Shown here: one piece after another, positions 56,399 through 64,000 of the stretch
Layout: each line of letters begins with the position of its first letter
How positions within the stretch are numbered: position 1 is the stretch's first letter
IMG/VR virus record: IMGVR_UViG_3300037493_001250
Length of the DNA: 64,000 bases
Strand: one strand, 5' to 3'
From: an uncultured virus (IMG/VR IMGVR_UViG_3300037493_001250)
Taxonomy: Duplodnaviria > Heunggongvirae > Uroviricota > Caudoviricetes
Position numbers and translations under genes: made by a program
The notes under the pieces: generated by a model
Told to the model about the DNA's origin: nothing
The model's database searches: none
The model's input: only the letters and a program-made list of their open reading frames with translations

Positions 56399-57601
56399 AT
56401 GTTAAAAAACCCCATTCACAACCATTGGGATGAAGTATTAGAAATCCTAAAAGAAAACGGAAATGATTATTCTTCTACTGCAAGACAAATTTACGCCAAG
56501 TACAATTACGATTTCACAGTTGATGCAGGAAGAAAAGCTATCCGTGCAAGGCTTGTTACTAAGTCACACACAGGATTAGAAGCAGAGTGTGATGCAGTTG
56601 GTATCCCATTGGAGGATGTAAAGTACTACTGGCACAAAGGAGAGCATTACTCTATCAACGTAAATGCAAAGAAAGAAACTGACTATGCACAAGCATTGCA
56701 GGATATACTTTCTGTATATACTTTTGAAAAGAAAAAACCCACTCCTGCTAAATCAACTACTCACAATCCAAAAGCAATTAAGGCAACATTGTCTGATATG
56801 CACGTTGGATTAAATCCTAACCCAAACAATAAATCTTTATTTGGATACGAGTACAATGAAGAAATATTTAACGAGCACATTGACAGAGTAATTGAAGCTG
56901 TGCTTAAAGAATACACTAGCAATGGTGCATTTGACTTACTACTTATTGATGACTTAGGTGATAGCCTTGATGGTTACAACGGTCTAACAACAAGGGGTGG
57001 ACATGGCTTAGAGCAGAACATGACTAACGAGCAAGCATTTTCAACATACATTAAAGGCAAGCTAAGGTTAATCGAAACACTAATTGATGCAGGTGTAGCT
57101 AATAGTTACGAAGTAAGAAACATAACAGACTGCAATCACTCTGGTTCTTTTGGTGCTATTGCTAACATCTCAATTAAGATGATACTTGAGCGTGTATATG
57201 AAAAGGATGTTGTTAAGTTTACGATACTTGAAAGGTTCATGGAGCACTTTGAATATGGCGTACACACCTTTATTCTTACCCACGGCAAGGATAGCAAGTA
57301 TATGTTTAAAGGATTACCTTACACTTTAAATGATAAGACTACAGCTTTTGTTAACGAGTATATTGACCATTACAATATTAATACTAAGTACATCCATCTT
57401 GAGAAGGGTGACTTGCACAGAATAGGTTACGACAGAACAAAGAAGTTTGATTACCGTAACTTCATGGCATTCTCTCCTCCATCAGCCTGGGTGCAAGGAA
57501 ACTTCGGTGATGGCTACAGTGGTTTCTCATTGCAAGTTATACCTAAGTATAATGGTGAGATACAACACACGGATTTTTATTTTGACCTAAAAAAGAGATA
57601 A
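56399..57601 (+). CDS. Calcineurin-like metallophosphoesterase
   Basis: SDMHVG, DLGD, CNH, THG and GDLH motifs. Confidence 0.8.
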   Translation: MLKNPIHNHWDEVLEILKENGNDYSSTARQIYAKYNYDFTVDAGRKAIRARLVTKSHTGLEAECDAVGIPLEDVKYYWHKGEHYSINVNAKKETDYAQALQDILSVYTFEKKKPTPAKSTTHNPKAIKATLSDMHVGLNPNPNNKSLFGYEYNEEIFNEHIDRVIEAVLKEYTSNGAFDLLLIDDLGDSLDGYNGLTTRGGHGLEQNMTNEQAFSTYIKGKLRLIETLIDAGVANSYEVRNITDCNHSGSFGAIANISIKMILERVYEKDVVKFTILERFMEHFEYGVHTFILTHGKDSKYMFKGLPYTLNDKTTAFVNEYIDHYNINTKYIHLEKGDLHRIGYDRTKKFDYRNFMAFSPPSAWVQGNFGDGYSGFSLQVIPKYNGEIQHTDFYFDLKKR

Positions 57602-57603
57602 CT

Positions 57604-57981
57604 TTGACCGAAAAAATAGATAACATGGTTTGGAAGAAAAGTAAAGGCAGGTACAACATCAAGCCTAAGTGCGAAAGAATTTACAAGGGGATTGTTTACG
57701 ATAGTGGATTTGAAATGGCATACGCACAAAACCTTGATTTGAAATTGAAGGCTGGTGTTGTACTTAAATGGGACAGGCAAGTTAGATACGATATTGTTGT
57801 TAACTCTTGCAAGATTGGCTTTTACAAGTTAGACTTCCTTGTCACTTACAATGACGGAACAGTTGAACATATAGATTGCAAGTCCACTCCTAAGATGGTG
57901 GACTCAACCTATAAACTTAAAAAGAAGCTGATTAAAGCACTTTACGATATTGATATTAAAGAGGTGTATCAAAAGCCCTGA
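57604..57981 (+). CDS. DUF1064-like PD-(D/E)XK endonuclease
   Basis: YDSGFE, RQVRY, YKLDF, IDCK, YKLKKKL. Confidence 0.75.
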   Translation: MTEKIDNMVWKKSKGRYNIKPKCERIYKGIVYDSGFEMAYAQNLDLKLKAGVVLKWDRQVRYDIVVNSCKIGFYKLDFLVTYNDGTVEHIDCKSTPKMVDSTYKLKKKLIKALYDIDIKEVYQKP

Positions 57982-58403
57982 TAATATTTCAGGGTTAACT
58001 TCTCTTTTCTTTCCATAGCTTCTGGGTAGATATTCATTGCTTGCCTATCCTCAAACTCCCACCTATGATGGCAAGGTACGCACAATATAAAGTTATTAAG
58101 TGGTTCAAGGTATAATGCCTTGTTTGCCCCTGCACTTATAATGTGGGATACGTTCATGCCTTTGGGTTCTTTAATTTCTTTGTTGCACTCCTCACAAATA
58201 CACTTACCCTTATTCTTTACCTTGTTAGAATCCAATTGTACCTGGTAGTATATCTTGCTTGCTTTGATACTTTCTTTCGTCTTGCTGCTTACCTTTGACA
58301 CTTTTTGGTACGAGTTTTTGGCACATCTCCCACATTTTCCTTGGGAAAAAATGTAATCTTCCTTTTCACACGACTTGCATATCTTCTTTTTACGAGGTAT
58401 CAT
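57969..58403 (-). CDS. HNH / NinG-like nuclease
   Basis: CxxC pairs, SHII...NNFILCVPCHHRWE. Confidence 0.7.
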   Translation of the reverse strand: MIPRKKKICKSCEKEDYIFSQGKCGRCAKNSYQKVSKVSSKTKESIKASKIYYQVQLDSNKVKNKGKCICEECNKEIKEPKGMNVSHIISAGANKALYLEPLNNFILCVPCHHRWEFEDRQAMNIYPEAMERKEKLTLKYYQGF

Positions 58404-58572
58404 TATCTTATAATAAGATAGACAAACAAATACGCAAGGGCAAAAAATAGGTAAAGATACATCTTGTTTGAGTTGTATTCTTTTTTATTTGCTAAGTCGT
58501 AACACAGGCAAATAAATGCCATGCAGAAACAAAGAATAACTAATACAAATAAAAATGCGGTGTATATGTTCA

Positions 58573-58809
58573 TCATGACCCTAATCCATTTGCGATTTGA
58601 TGTTCAAGACAGGCAACAGTTAGTATGACACCATCTTCCTTTTCTAAGCCGTCTAAGGCCCAACTAGCTTCAACCTGCTCAATATATTCATCTACGAACA
58701 TTTGAGAGTTAATAGCGTGCAATAAATGGTCTAATCTTGATTCCTTGTAAGTTGCTACCATACCAACTCTTGTGCGGTATCTAGGTCTTTCAAAATCTTT
58801 TATCATCAT
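58573..58809 (-). CDS. Hypothetical protein
   Basis: Operon packing. Confidence 0.5.
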   Translation of the reverse strand: MMIKDFERPRYRTRVGMVATYKESRLDHLLHAINSQMFVDEYIEQVEASWALDGLEKEDGVILTVACLEHQIANGLGS

Positions 58810-59030
58810 AGTATTTTTTTAAAGTGTTCTGTAATATCTTTAGATGTGTAATTTAATCCTGATGTAATTGGGTCTAATTGATTGTTTTTTAGTTTCGCAA
58901 TCAACTTTGCAAGTAGCTCTACATCTTCGCAGTCATCTATCCAGTATTCAATCCTTTCTTGAAGTTCATGGTCTAATGTGCTAGAATATAATAGCTTCCT
59001 TGCAAACTCTTGTTGATTGTAGTTATCCAA
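58806..59030 (-). CDS. Hypothetical protein
   Basis: TTG start; operon packing. Confidence 0.55.
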   Translation of the reverse strand: MDNYNQQEFARKLLYSSTLDHELQERIEYWIDDCEDVELLAKLIAKLKNNQLDPITSGLNYTSKDITEHFKKIL

Positions 59031-59031
59031 T

Positions 59032-59502
59032 TTATTTTAGTGTTACCTTAATACCTTCACTTGCTGTCTTAGTTGGTGGAAACAACTTCACACCATTCTC
59101 ATCCATTATTGTAGCGTTTTCAGGTATAGCCTTTAAGAATGTCTCACGCAACTTTATTTTCTCTTGCAACTCTTTTAACTCTAATTGCATCTCATCCCAT
59201 TCTATATCCCCACACACAGTATAGTCATACTTAGGGCTAATGTTCTCTGAGTACTCAATCTTTACACCATGCAAGTCAAATGTCTTACCATACTTCTTTG
59301 CTTCAGTAGATACCATCTCACGCACCTCTTTGTTTGCCAGTAAATCTTTAATTGTAGTTTCTACTGCTTTAAGTTGTATATAATAAGAAAGAGGATTAGA
59401 GTATCCATCCTTTAATTCAGTTACCGTTTTGTTAACGAATAATTTGATTTGGTCTTTTGTGCTTGGCATAAGAGCCATTACACCAGTTGTGTTTTCTATC
59501 AT
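59032..59502 (-). CDS. Conserved-looking phage protein (recombination module)
   Basis: YDYTVCGD..W...KLRETFLKA motif; own promoter at 59525-59536. Confidence 0.6.
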   Translation of the reverse strand: MIENTTGVMALMPSTKDQIKLFVNKTVTELKDGYSNPLSYYIQLKAVETTIKDLLANKEVREMVSTEAKKYGKTFDLHGVKIEYSENISPKYDYTVCGDIEWDEMQLELKELQEKIKLRETFLKAIPENATIMDENGVKLFPPTKTASEGIKVTLK

Positions 59503-59604
59503 AGTTTTGTTGTTATTTCAATTACAAATGTAATACAAAAATAAATAAATACAAATATTATTTTTTTTACTTGCTATTTATAAAAAAGGTATTACTTTTG
59601 TCAT

Positions 59605-59680
59605 CGTGAATTAGTTGTTGATTCAGTTAAGTTGTTTTCATGGTTTAATACCCCTGCCTAGTGTGGGGGTATTATTTTTT
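59605..59680 (+). ncRNA. Candidate small regulatory RNA (5' hairpin, single-stranded seed, terminator)
   Basis: Promoter GTATTACTTTTG (59589-59600), no ORF, hairpin TGAATTAG/TTGATTCA, terminator TAATACCCC...GGGGTATTA-TTTTTT. Confidence 0.6.
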
Positions 59681-59721
59681 AAAAATAAATTTGCATAATT
59701 AAAAATCCATATTATATTTGC

Positions 59722-59827
59722 CTCGTTGATACGGTCAAGTGTACAACGGGTATCTAAAGACATTGCTTCTTTACAGAGGCAAAAACCATAAAACAACCCG
59801 CAAGCCCTTGACCCTTGTGGGTTTTTT
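59722..59827 (+). ncRNA. Three-hairpin leader / attenuator with complementary loops
   Basis: Promoter TATATTTG at 59713-59720; loop GGTCAAG (59733-59739) is complementary to terminator loop CTTGACC (59807-59813). Confidence 0.6.
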
Positions 59828-59829
59828 AT

Positions 59830-60245
59830 GACCTATTAACATAAGGATAGCAACCATCGAGTGTATGTTCCGAGCGGGGACGCATCTTGACAAAAACAAG
59901 TAAAAATATTTCTTTTAAATAAAATGCAAGGCTGTATGACACCTTCCTGCTTTTAGCCATTCGACTGACGAACTCATTGACGAGTACTAGTGGTAAGAGG
60001 TAGTCAAACTTCCTTTAGGGGGTAGGGGGTTTGACACCTTTTTCTTACCTTCTCCTTTCGGAATCTTTTTCGGAGTACTAATCGCTGGCGAAGAGTACAT
60101 ATGCTTGAAGTCCTTACCATGTAAACAATCGAGGAAGCCGCAGATTGTTGGATTAGAATAAACGTAGGCGTAAGCAATCTCATGGCGAAAGCAAAAAAAA
60201 AAAGAAAAAGTAAGAGGATACCCACTAGCAATGTTTGTTGCCTGA
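59830..60245 (+). other. Structured non-coding region (ncRNA or replication origin)
   Basis: Long hairpin GGTAAGA..GTCAAACTTCCT/AGGGGGTTTGAC..TCTTACC, several other helices, long-range CTAGTGG/CCACTAG. Confidence 0.5.
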
Positions 60246-60252
60246 AAATAAA

Positions 60253-60284
60253 TTTGCATATTACAATATAACGTATTACATTTG
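60253..60284 (+). promoter_or_regulatory. Full Bacteroidetes promoter (-33 TTTG, -7 TACATTTG)
   Basis: TTTG-N20-TACATTTG. Confidence 0.75.
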
Positions 60285-60301
60285 TATAAATAATAAATAA
60301 C

Positions 60302-60709
60302 ATGAAGACAGCAAAAGTAGATGTAGTTACATTTAAGAAAGAGTTCACAAGCCAATACGGTACATTGTTCTCGTTTGAAGTTAAGTTTAACAATGGTGAT
60401 ACTGGCCTTTACAACTCAAAAACAAAAGAGCAATCTAAGTTCATTGTAGGTGTAGAAGTAGAGTATGAGCTTGAAACTAAAACAAACGACAGAGGAAGTT
60501 GGAACGTGATTAAGCCTGTTATGGCACAGAAGCCATTTGGTGGAGGAGGATTCAAGCCAACACCTAAGAACGAGAATAGTATAATAGCTCAAAGTAGTAT
60601 CAAAGCATCAGTAGAATTGATTTGTGCAGGCAAGATTGACATTAAAGACTTGTTGACTACTGCTGAGAAGATAATGATTTGGGTAAAAGAAAAAGGTAAA
60701 CAAGAATAA
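60302..60709 (+). CDS. OB-fold ssDNA-binding-like protein
   Basis: Beta-rich N-terminal half, G-rich linker, SIIAQSSIKAS C-terminal helix. Confidence 0.55.
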   Translation: MKTAKVDVVTFKKEFTSQYGTLFSFEVKFNNGDTGLYNSKTKEQSKFIVGVEVEYELETKTNDRGSWNVIKPVMAQKPFGGGGFKPTPKNENSIIAQSSIKASVELICAGKIDIKDLLTTAEKIMIWVKEKGKQE

Positions 60710-60711
60710 CC

Positions 60712-60987
60712 GTGTCAAGACAAAGAAGCACTCAGCAGAATAGATACTACCATGGGGTAATAGTTCCCGTGTATAGAAAAGTATTTATTGGCTTGGGGCA
60801 TACGGTAAGCAATAAGGAAGTGCATAGTTGGATAAAGCAAAGGTTTCAAATTGAAAGCACAACCAAGCTAACCACAATAGAGTGGGAAGAGTTTATCATC
60901 AAGCTACAAGCATATGCTAGTAATATACTTGGAGTACAGATACCTGACCCTAATGAAGTGATACTTGAACAATACTTAAACGATTAA
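60712..60987 (+). CDS. NinB-like recombination protein
   Basis: RSTQQNRYYHG...STTKLTT.E..EFI...IPDP. Confidence 0.7.
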   Translation: MSRQRSTQQNRYYHGVIVPVYRKVFIGLGHTVSNKEVHSWIKQRFQIESTTKLTTIEWEEFIIKLQAYASNILGVQIPDPNEVILEQYLND

Positions 60988-60991
60988 TAAT

Positions 60992-61210
60992 ATGTTAAAT
61001 AAACCTATTTATTGGAAACAACTTAATGGTAAGTTAATATCTGTGGATGACATGGATGAAAATCATCTCCGTAATGTACTTAAAATGATTATTAGAAATA
61101 ATCAAAAAAATAAATTACAGCCTAAATTTACTTTAAATGGTGATATGGCTAATGAATTTCATGAATCTTATTTATCTGATGAAGATGATGATAGATTTGA
61201 AACATTTTAA
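60992..61210 (+). CDS. Hypothetical protein
   Basis: YW...G..I.VDDMDENHLRN motif. Confidence 0.6.
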   Translation: MLNKPIYWKQLNGKLISVDDMDENHLRNVLKMIIRNNQKNKLQPKFTLNGDMANEFHESYLSDEDDDRFETF

Positions 61211-61316
61211 AAATAAATAACATGGAACAAGCACTAACAACAACAGACTATTTAATAGCAGCACAGATTATCCAAGGAATACAACAAGACATTCAATTAG
61301 TTTCACATATACTAAG

Positions 61317-61619
61317 ATGAAAGCAGGAGACATTGTACTTTGCGTAAACGATACTAAGAGTCAAACACTTAAGGAATGGATAGATGAGTGTAACTTTCCC
61401 GTGATATGGGTAAAGAAAGACAAGAAGTACACCATACGGGAAGTACTAGAGAACGAAGGCATAGCAACAGGATTATTGCTTGAGGAGATAATTAACTTCC
61501 CTTTCTTTATCCCATTACTGAATAGAAGCCAGGAGTTAGGATATGCAGTATGGAGGTTTCGCAAAGTGCAAGAAGTAACTGACAAAGTAGAAGTAGAAAA
61601 AGAAGAAAACGTAATATGA
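61317..61619 (+). CDS. Hypothetical protein
   Basis: MKAGDIVLCVND...YTIRE...LLEEI pattern. Confidence 0.6.
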   Translation: MKAGDIVLCVNDTKSQTLKEWIDECNFPVIWVKKDKKYTIREVLENEGIATGLLLEEIINFPFFIPLLNRSQELGYAVWRFRKVQEVTDKVEVEKEENVI

Positions 61620-61849
61620 AGACAATAACAAAGTACACAGGCGACCTGAAAGAAGGAGACATGTACGAGTGTAAGACAGATGGCAATAGAGTAAGAGTTG
61701 CTAAAGTACATCAAGAGCCTAAGAACAAGGTATGGACTTGTGATTTGATTTACTCAGATAGCCAAACGAAACTAGGTAGTGAATTAAATATGCCGTGTTA
61801 CGACTTTGAGATGTTACTTCGGAAAGGACAATTTAGAAAAGTAAATTAA
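61616..61849 (+). CDS. Hypothetical protein
   Basis: Coupled; ends at a terminator. Confidence 0.55.
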   Translation: MKTITKYTGDLKEGDMYECKTDGNRVRVAKVHQEPKNKVWTCDLIYSDSQTKLGSELNMPCYDFEMLLRKGQFRKVN

Positions 61850-61889
61850 AAAAGAAAGCCCCTACATAATCAAACGTAAGGGCTTTTTT
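61848..61889. terminator. Bidirectional terminator
   Basis: AAAGCCC-CTAC...GTAA-GGGCTTTTTT between convergent genes. Confidence 0.7.
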
Positions 61890-61890
61890 G

Positions 61891-62058
61891 TTAAGAGAAC
61901 CTGTTTACCAAGATTTCATTCAAGAAATCGTTTCTTTTCAATCCCGCTTCTTTTGCATCAGTAGCTATTTTTTCTATAAGCCACATGTTGTCTTTATGTA
62001 TCCTGATGGGTATGATATCACCCTTGTATTCTTTTTTAACTTTTAATTTCTTCTCCAT
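61891..62058 (-). CDS. Ribbon-helix-helix-like regulator
   Basis: IIPIRI strand plus helices LIEKIATDAKEAGLKRNDFLNEIL; start revised. Confidence 0.6.
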   Translation of the reverse strand: MEKKLKVKKEYKGDIIPIRIHKDNMWLIEKIATDAKEAGLKRNDFLNEILVNRFS

Positions 62059-62203
62059 TTTCTTTTTTATTTTGATATGCAACATGTAACTCCTTAATAC
62101 TAGAAAGAACAAACTCAGCTTCTTTCAAAGATGCTGCTTCAATCGTAATAACGACTTTCCTTCCTGCGTATCTGTAGTGAAAAGTATACTTCTGAACTTC
62201 CAT
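62036..62203 (-). CDS. Hypothetical protein (55 aa, probably leaderless)
   Basis: Read by hand: MEVQKYTFHYRYAG...; ATG 4 nt after TACCTTTG. Confidence 0.55.
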   Translation of the reverse strand: MEVQKYTFHYRYAGRKVVITIEAASLKEAEFVLSSIKELHVAYQNKKENGEEIKS

Positions 62204-62243
62204 GCAACAAAGGTAATACTTTTAGTAATACAATCCAAATACA

Positions 62244-62276
62244 ATTTAGATTTATTATAAATTAGTTGTATATTTG
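62244..62276 (+). promoter_or_regulatory. Late promoter with a Fur-box-like palindrome
   Basis: ATTTAGATTTATTATAAAT (62244-62262), then TATATTTG (62269-62276). Confidence 0.6.
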
Positions 62277-62301
62277 TAAAACTAATATTTAATATAAAGA
62301 T

Positions 62302-63039
62302 ATGGCTTTACCAGTAGCAGCTGTCATGGCGGGAGCAGGACTCCTTACAAAAGGATACGGTATTTATGAAGCAAATAAGCGTGAGAAGGAGGCTAACAAG
62401 CAGTTAGCAGAACTCGCAAAAAAACCATACGACCAATTCAAAGTTAACCCACTTGTGCAAAGATATACACAAATGGGATTGCGTGATATACAAAAACCAC
62501 AAGGTTTTACAGGTGCAGAAGCAGCACAATTCCAACAAAGGATTGCAGCAGGCCAAGAAGCAGCGAGAAGAAACGCAATTAGTTTAGGTGGTAGCAGTGT
62601 AGCAAGAGCAGTAGGTGGTGCATTAAATAGTGCTAACTTAGCGGCAGAGAATCAATTTGCGGCACAAGGTGCAGGACTTGCAAGGTCAAATAGAACATTA
62701 GGATATAGCAGATTCATGCAAGGTGCAGGTGTAGCTCAAGGTGTAGACCAAGCAAACACTCAGCAATCACTACAAAGAAGAATGCAGCTAGAACAAGCAT
62801 ACGGAGCAGCTTCAAGACAAGCAGCTGACCAACAAAGACAATTTGTACAAGGAATAGGTAGTGACTTATTTGGTGCGGGTGTAGGATTAGCAGCAAACGA
62901 ATTGGCTTATAGCAAAGACCCATTTGGTATGAATGCAAGCAAAGCAGCAAGAGCAAAAAACCGTTTAAATAGAAGAATATACAATGTAGATGTTACAGCA
63001 CCATTGAATACATTAGACTATAATCAAGCAAGCGTATAA
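62302..63039 (+). CDS. Ejection / pilot (internal virion) protein
   Basis: A/G/Q-rich; hydrophobic G/A-rich N-terminus (MALPVAAVMAGAGLL) typical of podovirus ejected proteins. Confidence 0.7.
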   Translation: MALPVAAVMAGAGLLTKGYGIYEANKREKEANKQLAELAKKPYDQFKVNPLVQRYTQMGLRDIQKPQGFTGAEAAQFQQRIAAGQEAARRNAISLGGSSVARAVGGALNSANLAAENQFAAQGAGLARSNRTLGYSRFMQGAGVAQGVDQANTQQSLQRRMQLEQAYGAASRQAADQQRQFVQGIGSDLFGAGVGLAANELAYSKDPFGMNASKAARAKNRLNRRIYNVDVTAPLNTLDYNQASV

Positions 63040-63041
63040 TA

Positions 63042-64000
63042 ATGGCAGAACCAATATTAGGACAAGCACTAGCACTCCAAAGTGAGTTTAGGCCCGATAC
63101 AACACAAGTATTAACAAAGGCCGTAAATAAGTTAGGTGATGTAACTTTAAAAAAACAGATAGCAGCAACTAAAGCGGCAGAGGCAAAAGCCAAGCGTGAG
63201 CAAGATACTATGGCTGCGATAAAATTAAAATCTGGCAAGCTAGGTGTACATTATGTAGGTGATGCTCAACAACTTCTTACCCAGGGGATAGGTGAAATAA
63301 CTGAAGCCACACAAAAAGGCGACTTGGCTAAAAAGGTTTTATTAGAAGGTCAATACCAAACAGCACTAGACAATCTTGTGTTTGAGAACGACCGAATGGA
63401 TAATTTTAGAAAAACAAAACAACAAGGAGGATTAATACCTGCTCCAGTAGAACTTGGCCTTGATATGCCAAGAGCTCAGGCTAACGAGTATTTTAAAAAA
63501 TTACTTGTAGAGAATCCTGAGTATAGATTAATTTTTGACCAAACACCAGAGGGTTATTATACATATAACCCTGTTAAAAAAATTGACGAGGCATCAGAAT
63601 ATGGTAAACTTATAAGCGAAAATTCAGACCAATACAAAGTAAAAACTGTAACAAGACAAGATGGTAAAGATATTGTTTCTTTTAGTATAGCAGATACAAG
63701 AATAAATGATTTAGCAAACCTATTGGCTAGTGATGACACTTATAGAGCAAATGCTCTTATAAATAACAAGGTAGCTGTTAACAATGAAGTACAAGCTGCA
63801 TTAAAAGCCAATCCTGCTTTAAAACAAGAAGAAGCTCAAGAAATAGGACTTAAATCTTACTTCCTAAAGAATTTACAATCCGCTAACCAAAAGTATTCAG
63901 TTTCAAATACCCCTCAAGATTCATCTCCAAGTGGAGACAGGAAAGTAAAAATAATAGCAAAAGACTTTTCTCCAACTACATTGAAGCCTGAACAAATAAA
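63042..64000 (+). CDS. Second ejection/cargo protein, 3'-truncated
   Basis: ATG at 63042 (MAEPILGQALALQSEFRPD...), apparently open to the window end. Confidence 0.65.
   Translation, partial: MAEPILGQALALQSEFRPDTTQVLTKAVNKLGDVTLKKQIAATKAAEAKAKREQDTMAAIKLKSGKLGVHYVGDAQQLLTQGIGEITEATQKGDLAKKVLLEGQYQTALDNLVFENDRMDNFRKTKQQGGLIPAPVELGLDMPRAQANEYFKKLLVENPEYRLIFDQTPEGYYTYNPVKKIDEASEYGKLISENSDQYKVKTVTRQDGKDIVSFSIADTRINDLANLLASDDTYRANALINNKVAVNNEVQAALKANPALKQEEAQEIGLKSYFLKNLQSANQKYSVSNTPQDSSPSGDRKVKIIAKDFSPTTLKPEQI

Noticed and set aside
38785..59224. Plus-strand ORFs overlapping the minus-strand early and replication genes
   Set aside because: Antisense shadows; the opposite frames carry recognisable motifs and tight operon packing.
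59962..59992. Hammerhead-like CTGACGA followed by a hairpin
   Set aside because: The required GAAA after stem II is missing (ACTAG instead) and no stem I/III fits.
59987..60393. Minus-strand ORFs of 122 and 129 aa
   Set aside because: They cross a clear plus-strand promoter and the SSB-like gene start, have atypical composition, and the region is better explained as structured non-coding sequence.
1..64000. Stop-codon reassignment as in some crAss-like phages
   Set aside because: Long genes are intact in the standard code, and TAA, TAG and TGA all end coupled genes.

Overview
This window is most of the genome of an AT-rich tailed phage with a podovirus/crAss-like gene order, probably lytic. 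The host is very likely Bacteroidetes (Flavobacteria-like), because TAnnTTTG '-7' promoter elements recur and Shine-Dalgarno motifs are replaced by A/C-rich leaders. Plus strand 1-37.9 kb: a 5'-truncated giant (>3000 aa) virion/ejection protein, ferritin, terminase, portal, scaffold, major capsid, tail adaptors, a 1508-aa tail stabilisation protein, fibres with Ig-like repeats, and a lysis cassette with an M15 endolysin. Minus strand 37.9-47.6 kb: an early-type cluster of small genes, two C5 DNA methyltransferase-like genes, a GP88 / GATase-II / amidoligase trio and a ~680-nt highly structured non-coding region. 47.6-48.4 kb: a non-coding, possibly terminal region with a consensus parS site and Fur-box-like palindromes. 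48.4-62.2 kb: replication and middle genes (primase-helicase, SSB-like, DnaA-C domain, nucleases, metallophosphoesterase), two aberrant tRNA-like genes and several structured RNA elements. From 62.3 kb the ejection/cargo genes resume, so the assembly is probably circularly permuted. I recognised no DNA polymerase, RNA polymerase, integrase or CRISPR array. The main candidates are (i) a ferritin together with Fur-box-like palindromes in virion-gene promoters, suggesting iron-gated virion production; (ii) a large structured ncRNA behind the first early gene; (iii) a host-type parS with no parAB; (iv) a promoter-terminator-bounded sRNA antisense to translation starts; and (v) a spanin-like pair with an outer-membrane beta-barrel. 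All calls were made by eye from motifs and synteny; no searches were run.
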